A stretch of 63,437 nucleotides of DNA. It comes from a virus. The DNA lies in the IMG/VR virus record IMGVR_UViG_3300033407_000011, positions 1-63,437 of that record; one strand, written 5' to 3'. The notes below the pieces were generated by a model. The model had not been told where the DNA came from. It did not search any database and was given only the letters and a program-made list of their open reading frames with translations. The translations under genes were made by a program, and so were the position numbers. Shown in pieces: positions 57,901-63,437 of the stretch (within the stretch, counting starts at the first letter, position 1; the number at the start of each line of letters is the position of its first letter).

Positions 57901-60900
57901 ATACCCCTTTGGCGCCGTGATCAGCCGCCTCAGTCAGGATATCGGTCAGTTCTCGACCATGGCCTCCTCGATCCAACTGCGCACCGCTACCTGGGCGCCG
58001 TCCAGTGCCAGCACTTCCAGGTCGCTGGCCTCCAGTGGGTTCAACTCCGGATCTTCCAGTATCTTCATCACCACCTTGGGCGGCAACGTCTCCAACTGGT
58101 TCAACGCCTGCTCCAGCAGGGAATTGACCGGTGGCGGTTCCAGCCGCGCCAGTTGTAGCAGGTACAGCGTCTCCGGCCCGGCTTCCGTACCCAGCAGTTT
58201 CTTGGCGGCCTGATTGATCGGAGTATTGTTCTCCGGGATAAACTCTGTCATTGCGTATCTCCTCCAGGGCTTCTATCGTATTGGACAAGTTTTCCAGTGC
58301 ATTATTCGCCTTGAATTCAGTAGTAAGTATAATGCTTGTAGTAGGTCCTGTCTTGTCAATTATCACAATTTGTTTATCAAACGTGGTACCAAACTTACGG
58401 TAACCCTCGCCGGACAGGCCGATATTGGCACGGACATTGTAACGGCGCTGGATTTCACGCCAGAAACCACTGGCTTGCGCCTTGTTCAATGCCAGTCCTT
58501 CACCCACCAGCGCGACCAGCCGGCCACCTGGCGCCAACCGGGTCAGCGCCTGCTCGATATGGTTCATGGACACACTACTGTCGCGGCTCCCAGGCACCCG
58601 TCCTGCCGTTGCAGTAAAGGGTGGGTTCATAATCACGACAGTCGGTACTTCTTCCGCTGCCAGAATGTCATGCAGGTGCGCAGCATCCTCCCGGGTCGGG
58701 TGTTCTGTGGTCAGCATTTCCAGCAGATTGGCACGGCGATCACTCAGTTCATTCAGGATCAGTGAATTCGCGCCAAACATCTGCGCCAATGTGGCCAGAT
58801 TGCCCGTGCCGGCACTGGGCTCCAGCACAATATCATCCCGGTTCAAATTAGCTGCCCGTGCCATCACATAGGCGATGGTATGAGGCGTGCTGAATTGCTG
58901 GAATTCCATCTGTTCCTCAGTCCGCTTGGTCTGGGTGGTCAGATTATTGATGGCGCTATTCAGTAAGGACAGTTCTGTTTTGGCCGTGGTCATATCCGAT
59001 AACTTGATATCACGAACAACAGCCTCGTTTGTTAATAACCACTGGTTAAAGGCGATCTCCATAGCGTCATACGCATCACGCGGGGTATAGACGCCCTCAG
59101 CCTGCGTGCCGCCATACGCCTGATCCGCCAGTTTGAACAAGTCCTGCCACGATAATGGTGTCTTGAATCCACGCTCGAACAAGGCCGCTACCAGCTTCGT
59201 TGCCGGTGTCTTTTGATCCGTGCCAGTGTTCTCCTGCTCCGCTTCCTCGGTTTCGGACAGGGCCTCATCAAACAGGTTTTCCAGATCCTCGGTGCTCAGA
59301 TCCTGGATATCATCCGGTGGAGCAAAAGTGGGGCTGTCTACCATGGATTCGCGCAGTTGACGGACTTCTTCTTCAGCCTTTTCCTGTGCGGCTTTGTCCT
59401 TTAACGCCTTGGCCTCGGCTTCAATCTTGGCCTCCGATGACCTCATCACTTTATTGCCAGCGGGCAATCCATTTTCAATCTTGTCCAGTGCTTCCAGCAG
59501 TTCCCCGATGTGTTTTTTGATCGGGTACTGGTCTTCCGCCACCTTGATGACCGGGTAACCGTCTTCGCCGATAGCAATGTCTTTCAGGAACTGTTCAAAC
59601 AATTCATTGAATGCCTGGCGTTCCTCATCAACCGGATAGGGTGTACCGCGATAACCGGCACTCTTGGTGACCTTGCCATCTGCCACCCAGTCACTGACCA
59701 GATAGGTGTCCATGCCACCCAGCGTATCAAAGACAAAGGCTTCCGCAGCGCGGGCGAACATTTCCCGCTTATTGCCCCAGTAGTCCTTGCCCAACGCGTT
59801 GGCGTGTTTGAAATAATCTGTTTGGGAGCCAGCAGAACTCCAGGCATCACCCCTTTCACCATTCCTGACAAAACCATTCAGACCACTACGCAACCGGGTA
59901 ATGGCATGACGTGCATTCCACAGCCGGCCATTGTGTTTGCTGCTTGTCCAAAAGGTATGGCCGGAGAGAAAATCTGCAACACGTGCCGCCATTTTCTCCG
60001 GTGTGGTCAGTTGATAACGCAACAACCCGATGAACTGCTGCAGATACGGGTGTAATGTTTCATCGTCATGCGCCACCTGCTGGCCGTGGTGTTTGTTCCG
60101 GAGCATGTAATCAATGGCATGGAAATACTCATGATTCACGGTGCCATCGCCGTGGGTATTGGTCAGGTTGATAACGGGCGTGACCTCACCGGTCGGGTTG
60201 TTTTCCTGGTCCAGTACCGGGTGACGATTGCTGTAATGGGCGGCATGGCGGCCATGCCCCAGAGCACCAAAGGCCAGCACCAGGCGGTTACCGAACCCGA
60301 TCTGCGCCAGCTCCCAGCCCAGTTTCTCCGCCAGATCCATGAACGCGTCATAGGCATAGTTACTGTGATCCTGTAATTGTGTGGACGTGACGTAGTTGCC
60401 GACCGTAATCCCCTTGAATCCAAACGTGGTCTGTAACTCCTCCAGCGTGATGTTCTTGCCTTTACGGTGATCGCGCAGCCCTTCCCGTTCTACCCGGTCG
60501 AATTTGGGACGTATCAGTTTGTTGACAGCGCCGCCGCGCTTGGCGGCTTGATCGTCGTCGAACCGGTAGGTAATAGATTTGGCAACCCGTTCTGCGGCAT
60601 GTTCCGAGTCACCTTCCACCTTCATCAGGTAACTGCGGTAACCCTTAAACACATCTTCCACGGTACGCATGTTATAAAAATATTCATGCGCATAATTGTT
60701 CATCGTATTGACGTACTCGGTAGCCGCATCCCGGACTTCATCCAGCCTTTTCTGCCAGCCTTCATTTTCTACGCTGGATTTACTGATCCGGCCTTCACTT
60801 TTATTGCTGGTATAGACATAACCCTCCAGCATGCCCGCCGGGTCTTTGTAGTTATACCCGGTGATTTTCCGTGAGACCCACTGTTTCGGCAGGGATAATT

Positions 60901-62977
60901 TGCTGCGGACATACTCCATGGCCAGTGTTGTCCCCGGTGTAGCGTCGCCATCCAGAATGAACGGGAAGGACGAGGCCCGGTCTGCGTGTTTGAAAATGTC
61001 CTCAATGCCTTTCCGGATGGCTTCATCAGCAGCCAAGGCGGTACTCCAGCGCAGATCCATCATGCGTTTCAATTGCGGCCCGATGCCCTCCATCTTGGCA
61101 CCGCGTTTTGCGCCCACTTTATATTCTGCCATGAAGTTCTGTGCCGCTTCATAGCCACTGCGCAACAAGGGCAAATCGGTGGGTGTTGGGTAATCAGCGG
61201 TTGGCAGGTTGGATAATGTCCCGCCGCCCAAGGCATGATCCCAACCCGCCTGTAAAACTCCCACATCCTCATCGCTCAGATTGTTGTCTGCCTGTTCTTT
61301 GGCCAGGTAATCCGCCATGATCTGGGCTGAGGCTTCACGCCATTCCGCCCGGCGTTTTTCCGCCTCCTGCCGTTGCTTGACCTTATTGGCCTCGGTCAAC
61401 GCCCCATTGAAATATTGATCGCCGAAGATGGCCGGATTCATGGCATTTCCTTCCATCAGTTGATCCAGTGCCGCCAGATAGTCTTTCAGGAATGGGGCTG
61501 ATTTGTTCTGGGCTTTGGCATTCTTCCGGGCGGTCTCAATCGCGTCCAGTAATGCTTGGGTCAGTGCAGACTTGAACGCTTCATAATGCTGTCCTGCGGC
61601 CTGCAAAACTCCCACATTGTTCATGGCTTCTTTATGCACATTGCCCTGCACCAGTGATACATCCACGGTCGGGTTGGCGGGTTTGAAATTGCGGTTGATG
61701 TACTCATCAACTACCTGTTTCAGCCGCTGCGGATTATTTAATGCTTCTGTGATGTAGTGTTTGAACGGTTCACGCAATGAATCCGGCATGGCGTAACCAG
61801 CAACATTCTCAACAATACCAGGCAGGATTTCCATGATTTTGCTGGTGATTTCTTTATCACGCCGGTTACGGTTGGTCTGGGTGTCCTTGAAGCCTTTTGA
61901 CAAGGCAACGGCCAATTCGCGCAATGATTGATCCTGGTTCAACTGCACCTGGACTGATTTTGCCGATGCCTCGTACCATTCTATTCTGGTATCCTCTTGA
62001 GTGGGGTACAGTAATTGATCACTGTCACTGTCCGGATGCCCAGCGAAAATCTTGCCGTTATAGGCGATATACCCAATCAGGGTGACACCCTCATACACCA
62101 GCGGGAATGCTTCCAGTTCAGAGGCGCCGAAATTACCAGTTTCACGCACTTGATCCCATTTACGGCTGGCATCCGCCAGAGATTCGACCGGGTAACTTTT
62201 ACCCATGAATTCCACCCGCAAGCCTGGTGACGTAGTGGCAATATCAGTTCCCGGTGCTGCCTCTACACTGTCAGAGACCGGTTTTTTGGTCCTGCCCTTG
62301 GCCAGCCATTCCTTGAACTGTTCCTGGGTCATTTCCGTAATGGCGCCCAGTCCTTGCCAGCCCTTGGTATAGTTGCGCTTATACATGACGCGGGCGGCAC
62401 CTTGAGAGCCGTAACCCAGCATGACCTTGTGCTCGTCAAACTTGCCGGTTTCCGGGTTAATCTGGTCAATGACATACACATTGCCCTGCCAGTCTTCTGC
62501 AATACCAGGCTTCACAAACACATCAATCTGTTCACCGTCCTTGCCCTCGGTCCGGTTGAAATAGCCATAATGATCATTCAATTCCGGCCATTCCGGGCGG
62601 CGGCGTGAGCCCTGCGGGTTCTCAATGGCAATATCCAGCCCCATGACCTGGATATGACCTTTCTGATAGTTCCCGGCCTCTTTCTGGGCAGCGGTGGGTT
62701 GTAACAGGTCATTTTCGGGTGAAGTGGCGGCAATGTGGGCAGCATCGTCCACAGTGACAGCGGGTTCGGCAAACTCGGGTTTCTGCTCCAGCACTTGCTG
62801 GATCAGGTTGCGTCTCTCGTCCAGCAAGCTGCTGATATGATCGTTAATGGCACGTTCGGCGGCATCCTTGGCGGTCAGATCCTCCTCACTCATCAACTCC
62901 TGTTGGCTGCCCAGCAGGATCGCGGCCTCGTGTTCTCCCAGTCCAAGTTGTTGCAGACATTGTTTCAGTGAGGCCAT
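48974..62977 (-). CDS. 4,667-aa polyvalent (DarB-like) protein: pyrophosphatase-like, zincin, N6-methyltransferase, intein-split strawberry-notch helicase, second HExxH region and a C-terminal membrane-associated region
   Basis: A single 14,004-nt ORF. ATG 62977 overlaps the TGA of the repeat gene (TGATG). Motifs are listed in the sub-features. Confidence 0.9.
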   Translation of the reverse strand: MASLKQCLQQLGLGEHEAAILLGSQQELMSEEDLTAKDAAERAINDHISSLLDERRNLIQQVLEQKPEFAEPAVTVDDAAHIAATSPENDLLQPTAAQKEAGNYQKGHIQVMGLDIAIENPQGSRRRPEWPELNDHYGYFNRTEGKDGEQIDVFVKPGIAEDWQGNVYVIDQINPETGKFDEHKVMLGYGSQGAARVMYKRNYTKGWQGLGAITEMTQEQFKEWLAKGRTKKPVSDSVEAAPGTDIATTSPGLRVEFMGKSYPVESLADASRKWDQVRETGNFGASELEAFPLVYEGVTLIGYIAYNGKIFAGHPDSDSDQLLYPTQEDTRIEWYEASAKSVQVQLNQDQSLRELAVALSKGFKDTQTNRNRRDKEITSKIMEILPGIVENVAGYAMPDSLREPFKHYITEALNNPQRLKQVVDEYINRNFKPANPTVDVSLVQGNVHKEAMNNVGVLQAAGQHYEAFKSALTQALLDAIETARKNAKAQNKSAPFLKDYLAALDQLMEGNAMNPAIFGDQYFNGALTEANKVKQRQEAEKRRAEWREASAQIMADYLAKEQADNNLSDEDVGVLQAGWDHALGGGTLSNLPTADYPTPTDLPLLRSGYEAAQNFMAEYKVGAKRGAKMEGIGPQLKRMMDLRWSTALAADEAIRKGIEDIFKHADRASSFPFILDGDATPGTTLAMEYVRSKLSLPKQWVSRKITGYNYKDPAGMLEGYVYTSNKSEGRISKSSVENEGWQKRLDEVRDAATEYVNTMNNYAHEYFYNMRTVEDVFKGYRSYLMKVEGDSEHAAERVAKSITYRFDDDQAAKRGGAVNKLIRPKFDRVEREGLRDHRKGKNITLEELQTTFGFKGITVGNYVTSTQLQDHSNYAYDAFMDLAEKLGWELAQIGFGNRLVLAFGALGHGRHAAHYSNRHPVLDQENNPTGEVTPVINLTNTHGDGTVNHEYFHAIDYMLRNKHHGQQVAHDDETLHPYLQQFIGLLRYQLTTPEKMAARVADFLSGHTFWTSSKHNGRLWNARHAITRLRSGLNGFVRNGERGDAWSSAGSQTDYFKHANALGKDYWGNKREMFARAAEAFVFDTLGGMDTYLVSDWVADGKVTKSAGYRGTPYPVDEERQAFNELFEQFLKDIAIGEDGYPVIKVAEDQYPIKKHIGELLEALDKIENGLPAGNKVMRSSEAKIEAEAKALKDKAAQEKAEEEVRQLRESMVDSPTFAPPDDIQDLSTEDLENLFDEALSETEEAEQENTGTDQKTPATKLVAALFERGFKTPLSWQDLFKLADQAYGGTQAEGVYTPRDAYDAMEIAFNQWLLTNEAVVRDIKLSDMTTAKTELSLLNSAINNLTTQTKRTEEQMEFQQFSTPHTIAYVMARAANLNRDDIVLEPSAGTGNLATLAQMFGANSLILNELSDRRANLLEMLTTEHPTREDAAHLHDILAAEEVPTVVIMNPPFTATAGRVPGSRDSSVSMNHIEQALTRLAPGGRLVALVGEGLALNKAQASGFWREIQRRYNVRANIGLSGEGYRKFGTTFDKQIVIIDKTGPTTSIILTTEFKANNALENLSNTIEALEEIRNDRVYPGEQYSDQSGRQETAGYGSRAGDAVPATTGAAGTATGQFPAGAGVEPVGDVAAQGGDEDTGRSGVEPTGGQRPGSAGTGRRPGSGAQLDRGGHGRELTDILTEAADHGAKGVSEALTGLYELFGGNALKSFPAGFDDLTYARAKPHFEKAWSEFKAAGKSLKEFFKFLIRNFGEGVRPYAIQFANELTQNGDNGKTTNKNIEITSDYAALDRVENIMQHQALTDAVFDAYQPFITLPGSKPHPGTLVESAAMATVTPPSTSYVPNLPKKAIESGALSNAQIEQIIRAGDAHDKMLPNGERRGYFIGDGCVAGDTLILNPDTGIETPIKTLAEAGRPIRVLSLTADGFEAFNAQAPFKKGEDDLYRVVMQSGRSVQVTVNHKFFTPSGWMRIVDGLSVGHFLASAEALPENDSASAQSIHAEDDPHYRQTPEDCLGRYSAYLRQCGVRLQDDPDNGQEFAPLQGDEHAHIPVHSCADGQDISGEYSHRRPSSGHLSKSNFSPLESRDPSLISNPELVDDAQQSPSILPTHGQFAGGSVALHHSTGADAHHLQAHAARLSQNENESECHISLEGRPQSAVSRHNDSQVQSLEHQPDNLRLPAVPPALGSSFVVSSCQYYGGWDRIVSIELSGRAEFYDMWVPGPENYIAGGLVHHNTGLGKAREVVGVMTDNIRRGRKRHIWITKDDKLLDLARRDWNSVTGEDANKIITNIKRWKPEDPITLTEGVLFVSYGTLRQASTKSGGKSRMEQIADWLGPDFDGVIAFDEAHKLGNVIAMKGKRGRTKPSQTALTGVELQTKVPQARILYVSATGATEVNNLGYASRLGLWGEGTPFADNVAFIEAISSKGVAAMELVAQDMKALGMYGARSLSYHDVTYGQLTHALTPEQVEMYDVMAEGWQVILQNIGVALEAIGAVNEEGKVKAKNAKSSALSAFWGAHQRFFNQVLTSMQMPSLIEDIEKRLEEEHSIVLQLVNTNEAQTERAAAQAANEGISLDELDITPRQSIMQFLESSFPIHKYEETVDSNGNKIMTLVEDSQGNPVISAEAVAIRDQMLDMIATIAIPHGPLDQIIDHFGVSQVAEVTGRSRRLVTKKGKKAWERRSATAVGADISQFMEDKKKIMVFSDAGGTGQDFHADLRRKNQRKRFHYLVQPGWRADNAVQGFGRTHRSNQKQAPHYVLVTTDLKGHLRFISSVARRLDQLGALTKGQREAGSQGIFSAEHNLETVYSEEALRGMVRDLARNKLEGMEGLSIATLEHEMWINLRDEEGNVSDKKTPTIQQFLNRILSLKTARQNEVFEAFFHRLQQVVDYHREIGDFDVGIENVTGDRVEKKEERIVHTHEGTSAVTKYVRLNVETPLHPMTFTEFLDLAERRKVLHEAVYAVNELSNKFAAFLPTVDKTTKEGKVVKQLRRYDPTGSKAVEYSEVVQHKYHDGTYYMAGNWKQIESLESAATHWQEAFETAPKIKSADTHMIVGAVLPIWSRIVHEGDRSVRVVRAQTTDSHERFIGMQIPSAQINAVLKNLGAERASVQMLPAELHNAVMKDGKTLILANGWQIAKRMVSGEQRMELILPAADRYRWSANLQDRGLISERINYTARFFFPLGKMEPFKITIKNDPVVEIAGEPDEDMLMSRGAEAPVMDTSTGPSGEAVEQYLRDKLGHKAWKQLMDSGRFKIISTKRELPNWALAENAGDVAGWFDRKAGKTFLIANRLSLNEADINNAYAVLLHEVGVHYGMPQMLGDKLWIQTKAHVAAALKLAKRGVNGKLNEAAANAALKVPDDTSRSNYTEEVIAYMVQERANQELPLVKRILAAIKRFLYQLGLIRNLDPNMLVSMAVAAIRQTTREEVSYRPPVPAQPAEDAASINRTRLADVWQSYIARGDQAFQAPPSDAKDLKTLVQDIAAGYDWTVEEQTQPPIFVIKVPKTDEIGQYATPIVTIHNPDTKAPFAEIFSPGGRRRGGGGARAYQIAMAWARNNNKVLVPDRTITVINRLRRTEAMISSMLKYGTSEHLEPHIGQFIGLLPDDMYNQLDEQTALADVTRETDRHSEFSDRNWHIRERLEQIKVVLWRPETNTTSSFEKRQLYFNNLEAMLLASAALAQRRLPDLKNIIFKDGQYYVQGTAKHFATGINPQGRPVIRLISTFPVGMGIADTTAQRAVITASVLQSDYAGWVEKLGRVAGQYVPGTTQKHPLLAQGIAGSLVSDLDSIGIDALDNNLLYSRDTTAATAPTHGEFAQTLEHATRRLDPIRYVIQDKFIDLKHLQEDTGGVAEDEDVYMAESIWQGRAGEQLDRFNRDKIEPMLEMAGKTGLAMAELDEWLHARHASEANEYLQRINPEREDNTALSGMSDAEAESILAKHRDNDALQRFGTLIDEINAARVKLLIQGDLISEEMAAAWQANYQHYVPLKRDEAHATLPSRGQGFSVRGPESKRRLGSTRDVVDVLVNVVAQYEASIIRSEKNRVAQALLKFAQKHKDSSFWTVDVPKKMGTVKDGEVKWFNDPREYDNELKVKVDGQVHTITFNQKNEVGMRILKAMKNLDHGDIGRLTRVLLGLNRFLAQLNTSWSPEFVISNFARDLQTALYNMTDTELSKAELSVLKMVPGALKGLRANLRKGDRHSEWGGWAERFRLAGGKTGWIEHYRDINERSHKLADQMKRIQAGKSGRNAFMKLLDFIDDYNSVVENGIRLAAFRKAVELGLSDTRAAALAKNLTVNFNRRGMAGPTLNAMYLFYNASIQGSVRMLQAMLTSKKGRRLALATIGVAIVLDIINRAAAGDDDDGENYYDALPDHIRERYWVIMGEKEPIFKFMLPWGYNALHVVGQQFGELMTGERFDAWHSASRIGAAIAEAFNPVGHATFLQTLAPTVVDPFVQIAENKDWTGRPLKPQEIPFGPAKPQYLQHWSSAREVSKEFTKFLNDISGGDEIRPGAVDISPEWVDVFVDFSTGSAGRVVMDSFNLAHKAVTGEQIEVREVPMLRRLYGYDNKYAISQRYYERSMDVQYVDKQIKQLQGEERLKAIQSPQARLRLLDRSVRNQLRDLRKRRRDIQANDILPSDEKKRRIDDIDSLIRKRQAFFNRRYAETVLTPN
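49934..49980 (-). other. predicted transmembrane helix near the C-terminus of the giant protein
   Basis: RRLALATIGVAIVLDIINRAAAG (aa ~4333-4350), followed by an acidic DDDDGE run. Confidence 0.45.
52778..53290 (-). other. region (aa ~3230-3400) with a second HExxH motif
   Basis: NNAYAVLLHEVGVHYGMPQMLG. The HEVGVH motif is at aa 3307-3312 (53042..53059). Confidence 0.4.
56362..56391 (+). promoter_or_regulatory. speculative promoter for the antisense HNH gene (would give a leaderless mRNA)
   Basis: TGGACA (56362..56367), an 18-nt spacer, then CATAAT (56386..56391). The ATG lies 7 nt downstream and there is no Shine-Dalgarno sequence. Confidence 0.2.
56398..57090 (+). CDS. HNH homing endonuclease with two N-terminal HTH motifs, encoded antisense inside the intein
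   Basis: 230 aa. GVPTTELANRYGVTPPTVACLL and LNHQQIAHELEVSTATVERRL are HTH motifs. GYVRAHRLVMEQILGRYLDRLEVVHHIDGDTQNNVPDNLQVFACNADHLRHE is the HNH motif. Confidence 0.8.
   Translation: MRKPRNSIPEQAVPQVIADYQAGVPTTELANRYGVTPPTVACLLMKYGIQIRSRSEINALRAPVDDERLRQLNDEAQLNHQQIAHELEVSTATVERRLRALGLKSKKGRGSPMEKNYFWKGGQMTDADGYILLKCPDHPHKNAQGYVRAHRLVMEQILGRYLDRLEVVHHIDGDTQNNVPDNLQVFACNADHLRHELTGRTPNHSPAGLRRMRENAQRLNRLRYASSRKV
58298..58930 (-). other. domain (aa ~1350-1560): N6-adenine DNA methyltransferase
   Basis: Motif I VLEPSAGTGNLA (E at aa 1386, 58802..58822) and motif IV VVIMNPPF (aa 1451-1454, 58616..58627). Confidence 0.8.
59798..60460 (-). other. domain (aa ~840-1060): zincin-like metallopeptidase module (HEYFH)
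   Basis: FGFKGITVGNYV...LAFGALGHGRHAAHY...INLTNTHGDGTVNHEYFHAIDY. The HExxH motif is at aa 949-953 (60119..60133). Confidence 0.5.
62294..62695 (-). other. domain (aa ~95-228): inorganic-pyrophosphatase-like module of polyvalent proteins
   Basis: AGNYQKGHIQVMGLDIAIENPQGS...GEQIDVFVKPG...VYVIDQINPETGKFDEHKVMLGYGS. The assignment is from memory of the InPase-type domain. Confidence 0.45.
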
Positions 62978-63437
62978 CAGATGCTCCGCCGTAACGCCAG
63001 TAGATCCACGATATCCTGCATATCCTGATTGTCCTGGGCTTTCAAGTCAATCGCATAGGGATTATAGCGCAACAAGTAGTCAGGCCAGTCATCGGCACCA
63101 GCCTGTAGTGTTTCAACAGTTACAATATCCACGGTAAGAATTATATTGTCTGCTGTATGACCATGAACCGCATCAGTGATCGACAATAATATAGAGCCAT
63201 CGTCAATGGTCAGTGTGACATTATCAGCCGTGTGGCTGTGTTCAGCATCCTGTACGGTCAGCACATGAAGCTGTGTTAATGTGAGATTATCTGCCTCATG
63301 CGAATGTTCAGCGTCCTGAACGACAAGAACATGGGCCTGCGTTAATACCAGATTATCTGCCGTATGCCCGTGAACGGCGTCATCAATATTTAACAGGTGC
63401 AGTTGGGTCAGATCCAGATTGTCAGCCGTGTGGCTGT
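62977..63437 (-). CDS. 3' part of the wrap-around HxH-repeat fibre-like protein
   Basis: Open from the window end down to TGA 62979..62977. It contains ...VQDAEHSHTADNVTLTIDDGSILLSITDAVHGHTADNIILTV... and the non-repeat tail WPDYLLRYNPYAIDLKAQDNQDMQDIVDLLALRRSI. Confidence 0.75.
   Translation of the reverse strand, partial: SHTADNLDLTQLHLLNIDDAVHGHTADNLVLTQAHVLVVQDAEHSHEADNLTLTQLHVLTVQDAEHSHTADNVTLTIDDGSILLSITDAVHGHTADNIILTVDIVTVETLQAGADDWPDYLLRYNPYAIDLKAQDNQDMQDIVDLLALRRSI
63407..63437. repeat. 31-bp terminal overlap identical to bases 1..31 (circular closure)
   Basis: GTCAGATCCAGATTGTCAGCCGTGTGGCTGT is present at both ends of the window. Confidence 0.95.

Noticed and set aside
63407-63437. 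The 31-bp identity between the two window ends as a biological direct terminal repeat
   Set aside because: 31 bp is a typical assembler k-mer overlap on a circularised contig. A reading frame passes through it in phase. I therefore treat it as evidence of circular or permuted topology, not as a physical terminal repeat. Only terminus mapping could say more.

Overview
The window reads as one complete, circularly closed tailed dsDNA phage genome of about 63,406 bp. Bases 1-31 are identical to 63407-63437, and one gene runs in phase across that join. All calls come from reading the supplied ORF translations and the nucleotides by eye. No database search was run, so family names are motif-level recollections. 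Layout: a divergent control region lies near 35.4-35.6 kb. The plus arm (35.6-48.4 kb) carries early and accessory genes: a DUF6011-like protein, an exonuclease plus annealing-protein recombination module, DUF2303, a DNA methyltransferase, ASCH, a CsrA-like protein, a Gp37/Gp68-like protein and a HerA-like ATPase. The minus arm carries, in order: regulators, an initiator-like gene with embedded iterons, HNH genes, a cytosine-methyltransferase relic, a lysis cassette, terS, terL, a four-gene glycosyl/methyl-transferase cassette, portal, scaffold, capsid, tail and ejection proteins, and fibres. Across the join it continues with an HxH-repeat fibre-like gene and a 4,667-aa polyvalent protein. I recognised no DNA polymerase, primase, integrase, tRNA or CRISPR array. 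The most unusual feature is in the giant gene. Its strawberry-notch-type helicase P-loop is split by a 346-aa mini-intein. The central loop of that intein is the exact antisense of an intact HNH homing-endonuclease gene on the other strand. Other items worth a second look: the virion-operon glycosylation cassette, a partly duplicated CsrA homologue, perfect 59-bp inverted repeats around the recombination module, phased iterons, a two-frame methyltransferase relic, an in-frame TGA in an ASCH gene, and repeats at the terS stop codon.
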